Below, one piece after another: positions 1 through 9,929 of a DNA stretch of 64,000 nucleotides. The DNA is from Spirochaetota bacterium (GTDB taxonomy: Bacteria; Spirochaetota; UBA4802; UBA5550). The stretch covers positions 1,741,730-1,805,729 of the forward strand of contig OY760686.1 of NCBI GenBank assembly GCA_963663865.1, written 5' to 3'. The first letter of the stretch is position 1, and the number at the start of each line of letters is the position of its first letter. The notes below the pieces were generated by a model. That model did not search any database and had not been told where the DNA came from. It worked only from the letters and a program-made list of their open reading frames with translations. The translations under genes were made by a program, and so were the position numbers.

Positions 1-2
1 AA

Positions 3-416
3 GTGCCGATCATTCCGAGGATAATTTCCGAAAGCGCGCATTCCGCCACCGGGATCGACATACATCCGGGAGCGACCATAGGCGAGAAGTTCTTTATCGA
101 CCACGGCACCGGTACTGTAATTGGAGAGACCTGCATCATCGGGAAAAACGTCAGAATCTATCAGGGGGTAACGCTCGGAGCGAAGAGCTTCCCTCTTGAT
201 TCTGAAGGCAATCCGGTTAAGGGAGTTCCCCGGCACCCGATAGTTGAGGACGATGTTGTTATCTACGCGGGCGCTACCATCCTCGGCAGAGTTACCATCG
301 GCAGGGGCGCTGAAATAGGCGGCAATGTCTGGGTGACCAACGACGTAGAGCCGGGTGTCAGAGTAGTACAGCAGCGTGCATCCCGTATGCGCTTTAACAA
401 TGGCGGGGGGATTTAG
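3..416 (+). CDS. cysE: Serine O-acetyltransferase, C-terminal part; 5' end lies outside the window
   Basis: Left-handed beta-helix hexapeptide repeats and the signature '[11 protein letters not shown]...[17 protein letters not shown]' typical of CysE. The ORF runs off the window start. Confidence 0.8.
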   Translation: MPIIPRIISESAHSATGIDIHPGATIGEKFFIDHGTGTVIGETCIIGKNVRIYQGVTLGAKSFPLDSEGNPVKGVPRHPIVEDDVVIYAGATILGRVTIGRGAEIGGNVWVTNDVEPGVRVVQQRASRMRFNNGGGI

Positions 417-2458
417 TCCCTGCTGGCAGCTTTGCTCCTCTTCTTTACACCGGCTTTTCGGTAGAACTCGGAGTTATGAAGCCTTGCCGACTCTATTCGG
501 CTTCTGAACGTCATCGCCTTTTCCCTGTTAACTAACGCCAGGTTGTTCTTCTCGCCGGGGTCTTTAGCCAGGTTGTAGAGCTCTTCGTATGAGTCCCTGC
601 TGCGGATTATATACTTCCACTCTCCGTCTCTGATCGATGTGATATCATCCTTCCAGAAGGTGTGCAGCAGGGCAAGCCTTGCCGGCCCTGAAGAGGCGAT
701 GCTTCTTCCCTCGTGCGCAGGATGGGCAGGCGCTCCGACAATATCCAGTATTGTAGGAAGTATGTCAATGTGCGATGTGAGGCTTTTATTCTCCACGGGC
801 TCCGGAAAAAGCTTCTTATTGTAGATAATAAACGGGACGTTGACATTCTCCTCGTAGAGATAAAACGGATGGTTGTAGTTGCCTCTGTGTTCGTAGAACG
901 CCTCGCCGTGATCCGCGAAGACAAGGAGCAGGGTGTCATCCATGAGTCCCTGAGCTTCAAGCGTGTCGGCAAACTCGCCAAGTGCGTAATCGGCATAGTG
1001 AAGTGAGTTGAGGTAGTTCATTTTTGATTTCTCTCTGGCGGACAGCGAACCCGGTATTTCTCCTGTTATACGGAAGCTGTTGTCCGGAATGGCGTACGGG
1101 TGATGAGGGTTCACCGGAAGCATCACGAGAAAAAAAGGATTCGAGCCTGATTGCCTGATAAAGTCAACCGCCGGTTTAATCATTGAGCGTTCGTCAAGCC
1201 CCCAGCCGACCTTTTTGTTATGGGGGGGGATATTCTTAAGGTCGTCATACTCGATGATTCTGTCGAAGCCTCTGCCCGCAAGGAATCTTCTCTGGCCGGC
1301 ATACCTGAGATCGCCGGTGTGAATAACACATGTCGAATATCCATTCTCCCCGAGTATCTCGGGAGCTGTTTTTAGTCCGATGTCCGGATTTCTCTGTATT
1401 ACAAGCTCTCTGCTATCCATCCTCTCGTGCGCTGAAGCGAGCACGTTCAGCATGGCGTTGGCCGAGAGCGGCGAATTGGTATAGTGCCTTTTCATGGCCA
1501 GTGAATTTCTGGCGAGCCTTCGGAAGGCGGGCATGACGAATTTACCGTTAACCTTCATATCAAGATACTTTGCCGGAGTGGATTCGAAGAAGAAGAGGAT
1601 GATGTTGTATTTCTTGCCTTTGGGATGTTTCCACGCTGACGGAATATAATTATTTTCCTCAATGGATAGGCTGGAATACTTTCCCGTTGCGATATCTGAC
1701 TGAAGTTTGTTTTCTGTCTTCTCCGCACTTCGCGCGCTGTTCTGCGCCGGGGAAGGTGTTATAAGGTTCAACAGAGGATTGGAGGTTATCTCTGTGAGAG
1801 AGGCTTTAAGTATCTCAGGCTGCAGGCTGCTGTAACGCTTCGAGAGTGTCCCGGAAAGAGGATAATGAATGGCTTTCAGAACCAGCGGAGCTGAAAGAAG
1901 AACAGCTGTAAAGGCGAGCAAAATTGCGGCGGGGTAACGCTGCCTGATTTTTCTGATATGCAGACTGGCCGCGGTAAGAACAAACAGTGAGACGGCTGAG
2001 CCGGCGTAAAAACCGCTTCCCGCTTCGGCGAAAAAGGACGATGCCACATCCCCAAACCCGCTCTTGATCTCATCATTGAAAAAAGAGCTCTGAAATGTTG
2101 TTTCATAGACACGGAAAAAAACCCCTGCCATGAGCAGCAGTTCGGTCTGAAACAGGGTGTAAGCGGATGCTGTTATATCGCGCGCAAGCGGCCTTTTATT
2201 AAACAGTGTGAAAATAAGCAGGTAGAGAAGGGCTGCCAGTGATACCATTATAATATCCGGAATGAAAGCGAGGCTGATATACTCGGAAAAACTCAATCCG
2301 CGAAGCAGAGAGAACCGCTCGCTGACTATTGTCCACGCGAAATATCTGTATAAAGCGAAAGAAGCAACGGTGAAAAAAACAAAAAAGGAGAAGGGCAGAA
2401 CTGCCTCAGCCCCCGGACCTTGAGCTGCCGGACGCTTCCTGAAGGTAAATCGTGGCAT
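413..2458 (-). CDS. LTA-synthase-family (sulfatase-like) membrane phosphotransferase
   Basis: Five N-terminal TM helices are followed by an alkaline-phosphatase/sulfatase domain ('[16 protein letters not shown]', 'VFADHGEAF'). The architecture matches LtaS/MdoB/OpgB. Confidence 0.7.
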   Translation of the reverse strand: MPRFTFRKRPAAQGPGAEAVLPFSFFVFFTVASFALYRYFAWTIVSERFSLLRGLSFSEYISLAFIPDIIMVSLAALLYLLIFTLFNKRPLARDITASAYTLFQTELLLMAGVFFRVYETTFQSSFFNDEIKSGFGDVASSFFAEAGSGFYAGSAVSLFVLTAASLHIRKIRQRYPAAILLAFTAVLLSAPLVLKAIHYPLSGTLSKRYSSLQPEILKASLTEITSNPLLNLITPSPAQNSARSAEKTENKLQSDIATGKYSSLSIEENNYIPSAWKHPKGKKYNIILFFFESTPAKYLDMKVNGKFVMPAFRRLARNSLAMKRHYTNSPLSANAMLNVLASAHERMDSRELVIQRNPDIGLKTAPEILGENGYSTCVIHTGDLRYAGQRRFLAGRGFDRIIEYDDLKNIPPHNKKVGWGLDERSMIKPAVDFIRQSGSNPFFLVMLPVNPHHPYAIPDNSFRITGEIPGSLSAREKSKMNYLNSLHYADYALGEFADTLEAQGLMDDTLLLVFADHGEAFYEHRGNYNHPFYLYEENVNVPFIIYNKKLFPEPVENKSLTSHIDILPTILDIVGAPAHPAHEGRSIASSGPARLALLHTFWKDDITSIRDGEWKYIIRSRDSYEELYNLAKDPGEKNNLALVNREKAMTFRSRIESARLHNSEFYRKAGVKKRSKAASRD

Positions 2459-2490
2459 TGTGTATTGTTTCCTGTAAAGATGATATGAAG

Positions 2491-3441
2491 CTATGTTTTA
2501 GGCGTCTGCTGAACGGTCAATCCGTTTTTGTCCGGCTTGTCCTTAAAGGCGTAGACGGTCATTGAGCTTGTAAGACAAAAGCTTCCAAACCGGATTTTGC
2601 TCTTGATGTGATAAAAGGCTATTCTGAACCAGGCAGAGTAGTCCCGCAGGCTTTTAAATGAGCCTCTTGATTTTTTGAGCTTTGGAATGAGGCCAAAGTC
2701 AACGGGATGAAAGACCTTGATTCGGCTGAAGCCGGCTGTCTTGAGGGCCCGCGAGAGGCTGCTCTTTGTGAAATAAGACAGGTGGCCGGGAAGGTAATAT
2801 CCGTATGCCTTTCCCTCTCTCCTGGCCTGGCGGCCCGCCATGTTCGCGGTCTGAATGACAAGGACACCGCCCGGACGCAGAAGGCTGAAGCACGACCTGA
2901 TGGCCGCGGCCGGGTCCTTGATGTGTTCAATCACCTCGATCATGGTTATAACTGAAAAGAAATTGTGCTCAAAAGGGCAGTCTTCAAGCGTTCCTGTGTG
3001 GACCCGGCCGCCTGAGTATTCTGCGGCAGCCTCTGACGAATATAGAGAAAGCTCAATTCCGAACGGTGAGTAGTAAGCGGCAGCAGCCTTCATCAACCCT
3101 CCGAATGAAGCCCCTACGTCCAGAAAGCTGCCTGATTTGACGTATTGATGAATTGACTTGATTCTCGCGTTGTAGACGAAGTCGAAGAACCTGCGCCCCT
3201 TCCTTTCGTCGAGATAGGAGTAGTCCGCCCTGCCGGTGTAGTAATCTTCGGAGTAGAATGACCTTATTACCGAGTCCGTAAAGGCCGGGTTCATGAAGAT
3301 GAAACCGCATTTCAAACACCTGTCCACCTTGAATGTGGGGACGGCTCTGTCAATGCTGTGATGATTTTCCGTAGCTGCGCTCCCGCAGAGAGGGCATGCT
3401 GTCCGCGGCAGGTCAAAAAGCCCTGAAGCCTGAATAGTCAT
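2491..3441 (-). CDS. Class I SAM-dependent methyltransferase with N-terminal Cys4 zinc-ribbon
   Basis: SAM motif I 'LDVGASFGG'. The N-terminus has CPLCGS...CLKC. Confidence 0.65.
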   Translation of the reverse strand: MTIQASGLFDLPRTACPLCGSAATENHHSIDRAVPTFKVDRCLKCGFIFMNPAFTDSVIRSFYSEDYYTGRADYSYLDERKGRRFFDFVYNARIKSIHQYVKSGSFLDVGASFGGLMKAAAAYYSPFGIELSLYSSEAAAEYSGGRVHTGTLEDCPFEHNFFSVITMIEVIEHIKDPAAAIRSCFSLLRPGGVLVIQTANMAGRQARREGKAYGYYLPGHLSYFTKSSLSRALKTAGFSRIKVFHPVDFGLIPKLKKSRGSFKSLRDYSAWFRIAFYHIKSKIRFGSFCLTSSMTVYAFKDKPDKNGLTVQQTPKT

Positions 3442-3484
3442 TTGTTCTCCGGACAGTGGCAGAAAAAGATGAGGTCTATATTGG

Positions 3485-3513
3485 TTGACATGATATGTGA
3501 TTATCTCTAAAAT
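3485..3513 (+). promoter_or_regulatory. Candidate sigma70 promoter for the oppA-like operon
   Basis: A TTGACA at 3485-3490, an exact 17-nt spacer and a TAAAAT at 3508-3513, about 150 nt upstream of the SBP start. Confidence 0.5.
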
Positions 3514-3664
3514 GCCTTTAGGTTTTGTGTTATAATTAAGAACGCATTAAATAATCAGTCAAATAAAAATTGAAAATAGCCGCAGTATTTAACGATAATC
3601 ACGGTAATAAATGAAAACACTCATTCTTGGAATATATTTGAACTGTAAACTCTGCAAAAAAAAA

Positions 3665-5239
3665 ATGAAAACGCCATTAATTGCGATGCTGCTTTTATCG
3701 GCCATGCTTGCGCCTGCATCGTGCAAATACAGGGGGCGTCCGGATTTGAGAGAAACGCTCCGTATGCAGCTTCCGGCCGAGCCGGATACTCTCAATCCCA
3801 TAACCGCCACAGACGCCTATTCATCTACCATTAACGGCCACATATACGAAACTCTTCTCGAAAGGAATAACGATACACTTGATCTTGAGCCATGCCTGGC
3901 AGAACGTTGGAAAATCTCACCTGATAAAACGAGATTCAGGTTCTACCTGAAGAAGGACGTCCTCTGGAGCGACGGAAAGCCCTTTACAGCCGACGATGTT
4001 GTCTATTCGTACAGGACTATTATGGACCCGCGGACCGCCTGCGCTTCTCTAAAGGTGTATGTGAAGGACATCAAGTCGTGCGTAATAATTGATAAATACA
4101 CGGTTGAATTTACCTATGCGTCGCCGTTTTTTCTTGCTCTCGAATACTGCGGAACAATGCCGGTAGTCCCGAAACATATATTTGACGACGGTTCGAACTT
4201 CAATGAGCATGTTAACAACAGGAAACCTGTCGGCACCGGCCCGTACCGCTTCAGCGTTTGGAATACTGCAGAGAAGATTGAACTCGTAAGAAATGAAAGG
4301 TACAGGGGCGACAAGCCCGAGATCAGCCGAATCGTCTACAGAATAGTACCCGAACCGAGCGTGGCCCTGCAGATGCTGAAAAAGGGCGACCTGGATGTAA
4401 TGGGGCTTCGCGATATACAGTGGGCCAGGCAGACCGGCTCTGAACGCTTTCAGAGTATGTTTTATAAGCTAAAATACTACCGCCCTAATTACAGCTATAT
4501 TGGATGGAATTCACGCAGAGATATGTTTTCGGATAAAAGGGTCAGAAGGGCCATGACCCATCTTATTAACAGGAAGGACATACTCGGCAAGCTGCTTTTT
4601 GGAAACGGAGAGATTGTAACCGGAAACTTCTATATATTCAGCCGCTACTATGACCGGTCAATTGAGCCGTGGCCGTATGATGAGAAAAAGGCGCGCCTGC
4701 TGCTTGGCGAAGCAGGCTGGCGCGACAGTGACGGCGACGGGATACTCGATAAAAACGGCAGGAAGTTTTCTTTTACCTTCACGATATCCTCCGGCAGCAA
4801 GTTTTCAGAGAGACTCGCTACAATACTCAAGGAGGACTTTCAGCGCTCCGGTATTGAGATGAATATTAACCGCTACGAATGGGCGGTATTCATTCAAAAA
4901 ATCCAAAAGAAGGATTTTGACGCCACCACATTGGCGTGGAGTCTGGGATATTCAAGCGACCCCTACCAGCTATGGCACTCGTCGCAGATCGCGAGCGGGT
5001 CAAACTACTGCAGCTTTTCCAACAGGGAGGCTGACCGCATAATAGAGGCGGCCAGAAAGGAATTCAATGACTCCAAGCGTGAAAAGATGTACAGACGCTT
5101 TCATGAGATACTTCATGAGGAGCAGCCGTACACTTTCCTGTTCTGTACGCCCGCGCTTTCAGCCGTCAGCAGGCGATTTGACAACGTTAAGGTTCACACC
5201 ACAGGTCTTGAAATCAGGGAGTGGAGGATTGCTGAATGA
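3665..5239 (+). CDS. ABC transporter substrate-binding lipoprotein, family 5 (OppA/DppA-like)
   Basis: SBP_bac_5-type sequence throughout. The likely true start is MKTPLIAMLLLSAMLAPASC (signal plus lipobox-like Cys); the ORF track starts at 3611. Confidence 0.85.
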   Translation: MKTPLIAMLLLSAMLAPASCKYRGRPDLRETLRMQLPAEPDTLNPITATDAYSSTINGHIYETLLERNNDTLDLEPCLAERWKISPDKTRFRFYLKKDVLWSDGKPFTADDVVYSYRTIMDPRTACASLKVYVKDIKSCVIIDKYTVEFTYASPFFLALEYCGTMPVVPKHIFDDGSNFNEHVNNRKPVGTGPYRFSVWNTAEKIELVRNERYRGDKPEISRIVYRIVPEPSVALQMLKKGDLDVMGLRDIQWARQTGSERFQSMFYKLKYYRPNYSYIGWNSRRDMFSDKRVRRAMTHLINRKDILGKLLFGNGEIVTGNFYIFSRYYDRSIEPWPYDEKKARLLLGEAGWRDSDGDGILDKNGRKFSFTFTISSGSKFSERLATILKEDFQRSGIEMNINRYEWAVFIQKIQKKDFDATTLAWSLGYSSDPYQLWHSSQIASGSNYCSFSNREADRIIEAARKEFNDSKREKMYRRFHEILHEEQPYTFLFCTPALSAVSRRFDNVKVHTTGLEIREWRIAE

Positions 5240-6237
5240 AGCGCTATCTGGCTAAAAGGCTCCTGCTTATTATACCGACTTTTCTCGGAATAACGCTTGT
5301 AACGTACGCCATGGTCAGGCTGGCCCCGGGTGATTACACTTCGATTAAAGCCGGCATGGAGGGAGCTCTCAAAGCCGGGGCAGTAGGGGAGGATATACTC
5401 AACGAGGAGAGAAAGCTCTACGGTCTAGACAGGCCTGTTATTGAGGGCTACGCGGAGTGGCTTGTAAAGTTCGTGAGGTTCGATCTGGGCACGTCGCGTA
5501 AGGACGGAAGGCCCGTATCGGTCAGGATAATGGAAACCCTTCCTGTTACCATGACGCTGAGCTTTCTCACTATCATCATAATATATATTGTTTCAATCCC
5601 GCTGGGCATATTCACGGCGGTGAGGAAGGACGGGCTCTTCGACAGGGCAACGAGCCTCGTCTTGTTCCTGCTTTATTCGCTTCCTTCTTTCTGGATAGCT
5701 CTGCTGCTTCTGATGTATCTCTCCGGCGGTGAATACCTCAACCTGTTCCCGCTTGGCGGGCTGCACACTGAAGGGGCCGAAAGCGCCGGCATTCTGGCGA
5801 GGTTTGCCGATACGGCCTATCATCTCGTGCTGCCTCTGGTAACGCTTACCTACGGCGGCTTTGCTTTCCTGTCACGTTACACGAGAGCGAACATGCTTGA
5901 AGTCATAAATCAGCAGTACATTACTACGGCGAAGGCGAAGGGGCTGTCCAACTACAAGGTGGTTTTTGTGCACGCGTTCAGAAACTCTCTGATACCGCTT
6001 GTAACCCTGATGGCGTCGCTCCTCCCGGGGTTGATTGGCGGAAGCGTAATCGTCGAGTCAATTTTCGCCATTCCCGGAATGGGCAGACTCGGCTTTGAGG
6101 CCATCGGAACCAGAGACATCCCTGTGATTATGGCAATATCGGCAATATCCGCGCTGCTTACGCTCGCGGGCATACTGCTTTCTGATCTGACATACGCCCT
6201 TGTTGATCCGAGAATCAGGCTTGGGGGAAAATCATGA
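5236..6237 (+). CDS. ABC transporter permease (OppB/DppB-like)
   Basis: BPD_transp_1 permease with an N-terminal TM, a large loop and a 5-TM core. It overlaps the SBP stop by 4 nt. Confidence 0.85.
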   Translation: MKRYLAKRLLLIIPTFLGITLVTYAMVRLAPGDYTSIKAGMEGALKAGAVGEDILNEERKLYGLDRPVIEGYAEWLVKFVRFDLGTSRKDGRPVSVRIMETLPVTMTLSFLTIIIIYIVSIPLGIFTAVRKDGLFDRATSLVLFLLYSLPSFWIALLLLMYLSGGEYLNLFPLGGLHTEGAESAGILARFADTAYHLVLPLVTLTYGGFAFLSRYTRANMLEVINQQYITTAKAKGLSNYKVVFVHAFRNSLIPLVTLMASLLPGLIGGSVIVESIFAIPGMGRLGFEAIGTRDIPVIMAISAISALLTLAGILLSDLTYALVDPRIRLGGKS

Positions 6238-7214
6238 GGGGCGGTTACTGGCATGGCGTATGGGAAAAATTCGGACAGAACAGGCTGGCTAAGGCCGGGT
6301 TCTATGTCGTGCTGTTTCTGTTCTTCATTGCGATATTTGCCCCGTTTCTTGCGGGCAATAAACCCTTCGTTTATGTTTCGGATGAGGCGACGTATTTCCC
6401 GTTTTTTGTGGACTATGAGGAGTTTGCCGATACGGACTTCAGAAGTGACGATGCCGCCGGTTTTAAAATATTTCCTCCAGTGAGATATTCGCCCTCTGAG
6501 TACGATCTGGACAATGTCGTGACCGGCCCGTCATCAGAGCACTATCTCGGGACCGATGAGCAGGGAAGAGACCTCGCCTCCAGAATGATTCACGGTACAA
6601 GGGTATCCATCTTTGTTGGGTTTATAGCTGTATCTATCTACGTCTTTATCGGGATAATAATTGGGGCTGCTGCCGGGTATTACGGCGGAATGGTTGACCT
6701 TGTAATATCAAGAATAATTGAGATTGTCATGTGTTTCCCCACATTCTTTCTGATTCTCACCATATTGGCCCTCTGGGGTCCCGGGCTTGTGAGCGTTATG
6801 GTCGTTATCGGGATTACCGGCTGGACAGGAATCGCCCGGATAGTGCGGGGGGAATTTATCAGGCTCAGAGAGTCCGATTTCGTCACAGCGTCAAAGGCCG
6901 TCGGAGCGCGGGACTTTTCCATAATCTTCAGGCATATCCTGCCGAATTCACTTGCCCCGGTGCTTGTCTCGGCAACTTTCGGAATCGCCTCTACGATACT
7001 CATTGAGTCTTCATTGAGCTTTCTGGGTTTCGGTGTCCAGCCTCCAACCCCGAGCTGGGGGGATATTCTGTCGCAGTCACGGGACTTCATGGACTTTGCC
7101 TGGTGGCTGACGGTCATTCCAGGCCTCGCAATATTTTTAACCATTACTGCGTATAATCTCGTCGGCGAAGGCCTTCAGGACGCGCTTGATCCAAAAAGGG
7201 GGGCGAGAAGGTGA
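6234..7214 (+). CDS. ABC transporter permease (OppC/DppC-like)
   Basis: OppC-type N-terminus and permease core, with a 4-nt overlap to the previous gene. Confidence 0.85.
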   Translation: MRGGYWHGVWEKFGQNRLAKAGFYVVLFLFFIAIFAPFLAGNKPFVYVSDEATYFPFFVDYEEFADTDFRSDDAAGFKIFPPVRYSPSEYDLDNVVTGPSSEHYLGTDEQGRDLASRMIHGTRVSIFVGFIAVSIYVFIGIIIGAAAGYYGGMVDLVISRIIEIVMCFPTFFLILTILALWGPGLVSVMVVIGITGWTGIARIVRGEFIRLRESDFVTASKAVGARDFSIIFRHILPNSLAPVLVSATFGIASTILIESSLSFLGFGVQPPTPSWGDILSQSRDFMDFAWWLTVIPGLAIFLTITAYNLVGEGLQDALDPKRGARR

Positions 7215-8167
7215 CGGCTCTGAGCAGGGGTTACTTTGCCGGCAGGCCGGCTGTTTGCCGTCCCGCTATGCTTTTTCTGATTGCGATGTTGTCGGGCCTG
7301 TCCTGTTTGGGACTTTCGGGCATTCAGAATGACCCCGGCTATATCCCCCGTGAAACCGCTGTTCCGGGCTGGAAGATTGTTTCAGCACATTTTGTGAGAG
7401 GCAAAAGCCCGCTGCCGCAGGAATTTGCGGATATCGATTCCGGAAGTGTTGTTTCTGTTTCCAACGCTGTCTACAGCCCGTATCCTGAACCTGAAATCGA
7501 AGTGAGGCTGTGCGTAGTTGAGTTTAATCACAGTCTTGAGGCTCTGAATTTCTTTTCGCTGTTTCTCTGGGGAAAAAAGGACGTGGTCTTTAGAGGATTG
7601 GGCCGAGCTGTGTTTGATGATGGAATCATATCGGTAAAAGGGAGGTTCTGTACGGCAGTATTCGGCATCGTCCCTTCCATGAGGTTTGTGAACGGAACTG
7701 ATTCAATTGTTGATGCCGCTGAAAAGAATCTGACTTTTAACGAATCTGACAGAATGCCGGGCTATACGGAACTTTTTAGCAGAGGCGATAATTCTCCGCT
7801 TTTTTTCTTCAGCGGCGGTATTGAAAATTTGCCTTCCTTGAAACAGTGCTTTGTCAGAAGAATAGTCTTTTCAGGTGATGAGAGGCATGTTTTCTTTAAA
7901 AAGCTTGCAAATGAGGAAGAAGCCTCCATAGTGTTTATGAGGCTAATCTCGCGGCAAAGCGGTTTTTCCATGACTATGGCAGGCGGTACACAGGTGCTTG
8001 TCAGAGGTTCAGATAAGGGAATCTATACGGCCGTTTTCAGTTTCAGAGATTACATAGCCGGCGTTATGGATGCTCGGTCTCTGGCTGAGGCTTCCGGTAT
8101 CATAAGAACGCTGGTTGAGCCGGTTAATATTACAAAGCCTGTTCCGGAGACACGATATGCAGATTAA
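7211..8167 (+). CDS. Hypothetical secreted/lipoprotein, co-operonic with opp-like genes
   Basis: A 4-nt overlap with the oppC-like gene. N-terminal hydrophobic signal ending ...LSGLSC. No family recognised. Confidence 0.4.
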   Translation: MTALSRGYFAGRPAVCRPAMLFLIAMLSGLSCLGLSGIQNDPGYIPRETAVPGWKIVSAHFVRGKSPLPQEFADIDSGSVVSVSNAVYSPYPEPEIEVRLCVVEFNHSLEALNFFSLFLWGKKDVVFRGLGRAVFDDGIISVKGRFCTAVFGIVPSMRFVNGTDSIVDAAEKNLTFNESDRMPGYTELFSRGDNSPLFFFSGGIENLPSLKQCFVRRIVFSGDERHVFFKKLANEEEASIVFMRLISRQSGFSMTMAGGTQVLVRGSDKGIYTAVFSFRDYIAGVMDARSLAEASGIIRTLVEPVNITKPVPETRYAD

Positions 8168-9260
8168 TGTTGAACAGATAATCCTCAATTCTCTCCGAAA
8201 GCTAAACGAGGAGAACTCATTGAGGCTGATGGCCCTTCTTAATATTCTGCATCTTAACATCGATGTTCTTCTGAATAAGTCGATTGAATGGTTCGGTGAT
8301 AATCCGCCAGACGAGTTCCGTTCAGTTCTCAACTCCCTGATAGTACTTACTACGTCGTTTCTTGAGGGAGGCGATGTCGAGGATTTTCTGTCCGAACAGG
8401 ATCCGGAGCTTGTTGAGGTATCGGGGCTTGTTGAGGAGCTTATACACGACGCCGGTCAGCTTTTCGGATTTGAAAAGGAAGTCCTTGTGTTTGACAGGCA
8501 TCCGGCCTCCTGGATCATGGTGCCCAAGAGGGAATTTAGAAAGTCCTTAAACGACATATTGCTTGTATTCCGCCCCTTCATGTCCATGGACACGTCATGT
8601 ACCTTCTCTGTTTCCGAGAACAAGACAAATCTTGTTATAAAAATCAACTATGAGCGTCTCTCTTCTTCTTTCCCCGGTATTAGAAATATTCAGAAACCTT
8701 TTTTTTCATATACTGTCGAGCCTGATGAGGTGAAGAAGATTGGGATGGGGCTCATTTCAGCCACATCGGGCCTCAGCGAGATGGGCGCGGTTGTGCAGCT
8801 TAAGCCGCTGCATGGCGGAAACAGCTGTCAGATTACAATTACGTTCCCTTCGATGGAATTCCTTGAAACGATGGCGCATGTAAGAGAGGACAACAAAAAG
8901 CATCAGACATCGAGACCAGTTCAGACAGGGACAACCGGTACAGTATTGATTGCGGTATCCGACCTTATTGTTGAAATGATTCTCTCTGAGGTCCTCACTG
9001 AATCCGGTTACAGCGTCAAACGCGTAAGTCCCAAGGATATTGCCGGTCTAATCGAAGAAACGGACACAAAAGGCCTGGTCATTGATCACAGTTCTGTTTC
9101 CGCGGCAGCCGAAGTAATTGCCCCGGCATGTAAGTCCGGTCTTAAGACAGTTGTGCTACACGAAACAGATATTGCCGGAGAAGAGGCTCTTGAGGGAGCC
9201 CGTTATTTCAGGAAGCCCATCGAATTGGAGAGCATAGTCGGTTTCCTGAAAGGAGACTGA
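8157..9260 (+). CDS. Cytoplasmic GHKL-ATPase-like plus C-terminal receiver (REC)-like domain protein
   Basis: A HATPase_c-like G2 region 'KKIGMGLISATSGLSEMGAVVQLKPLHGGNSCQITITFP'. The C-terminus has REC landmarks: 'LIAVSD', 'GLVIDHS', 'TVVLHET' and 'FRKP'. No clear H-box. The start is ambiguous between 8115 and 8157. Confidence 0.45.
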   Translation: MQINVEQIILNSLRKLNEENSLRLMALLNILHLNIDVLLNKSIEWFGDNPPDEFRSVLNSLIVLTTSFLEGGDVEDFLSEQDPELVEVSGLVEELIHDAGQLFGFEKEVLVFDRHPASWIMVPKREFRKSLNDILLVFRPFMSMDTSCTFSVSENKTNLVIKINYERLSSSFPGIRNIQKPFFSYTVEPDEVKKIGMGLISATSGLSEMGAVVQLKPLHGGNSCQITITFPSMEFLETMAHVREDNKKHQTSRPVQTGTTGTVLIAVSDLIVEMILSEVLTESGYSVKRVSPKDIAGLIEETDTKGLVIDHSSVSAAAEVIAPACKSGLKTVVLHETDIAGEEALEGARYFRKPIELESIVGFLKGD

Positions 9261-9264
9261 TCAG

Positions 9265-9927
9265 TTGGTATACTTCGTCGGGGACATTCACGGGTGTTAC
9301 CGCTGCCTGAGGTCTTTGCTTGTGAAGCTTGAAAAAGATTCTTCCCGTGAGGACATGTTTGTTTTTCTGGGGGATTATATCGACAGGGGTAGGTTTTCCT
9401 TTGAGGTAATCGAAAGGCTTATTGAATTTGCCGGCACCAGGAACTGTGTTTTTATTAAAGGAAATCATGAGGATATGCTGCTGAACTACGCCTCAGGCCG
9501 GGGCGGCTCAGCTGTTTTCAGGTACAACGGGGGAGATTCCACTCTGCTTAGCTATCGGAAGCACATGGGCGGGTTCTCGTTCCCTGATGAGCATAGATCT
9601 TTCTTTGAGTCTCTCAGGCTTTATTTCGAGGGAGATGATTTTATTGCTGTACACGCGGGCTTGAATCCGCTTGTTGAAACTGTCGAGTCTCAGACGGAAT
9701 TTGATTTGCTGTGGATAAGGGAACCGTTTTATCAATCAAACAGGGTTTGGGATAAAACGGTATTTTTTGGACATACTCCGACAGTATTTATCTCGGGAAA
9801 GACCGGCGTGTTTATAGACAGAAAGCGCCGTCTTGTCGGAGTCGACAACGGAGTACATCTCGGCCACCCGCTGGCCTGCGTGCGATGGCCTGACATGAAA
9901 GTTTTTTACAGCGATGCGGAGAATTGA
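9265..9927 (+). CDS. PPP-family metallophosphoesterase (Ser/Thr phosphatase / ApaH-like)
   Basis: Motifs GDIHG, GDYIDRG and GNHE. Confidence 0.75.
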   Translation: MVYFVGDIHGCYRCLRSLLVKLEKDSSREDMFVFLGDYIDRGRFSFEVIERLIEFAGTRNCVFIKGNHEDMLLNYASGRGGSAVFRYNGGDSTLLSYRKHMGGFSFPDEHRSFFESLRLYFEGDDFIAVHAGLNPLVETVESQTEFDLLWIREPFYQSNRVWDKTVFFGHTPTVFISGKTGVFIDRKRRLVGVDNGVHLGHPLACVRWPDMKVFYSDAEN

Positions 9928-9929
9928 TT

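Noticed and set aside
607-2112. Multiple 60-130-aa ORFs on both strands inside the LtaS-like gene. Similar nested ORFs occur inside adhE, the RND gene, pbp1A and others.
   Set aside because: They lie inside strongly supported long CDSs and have no independent signals. They are typical shadow ORFs.
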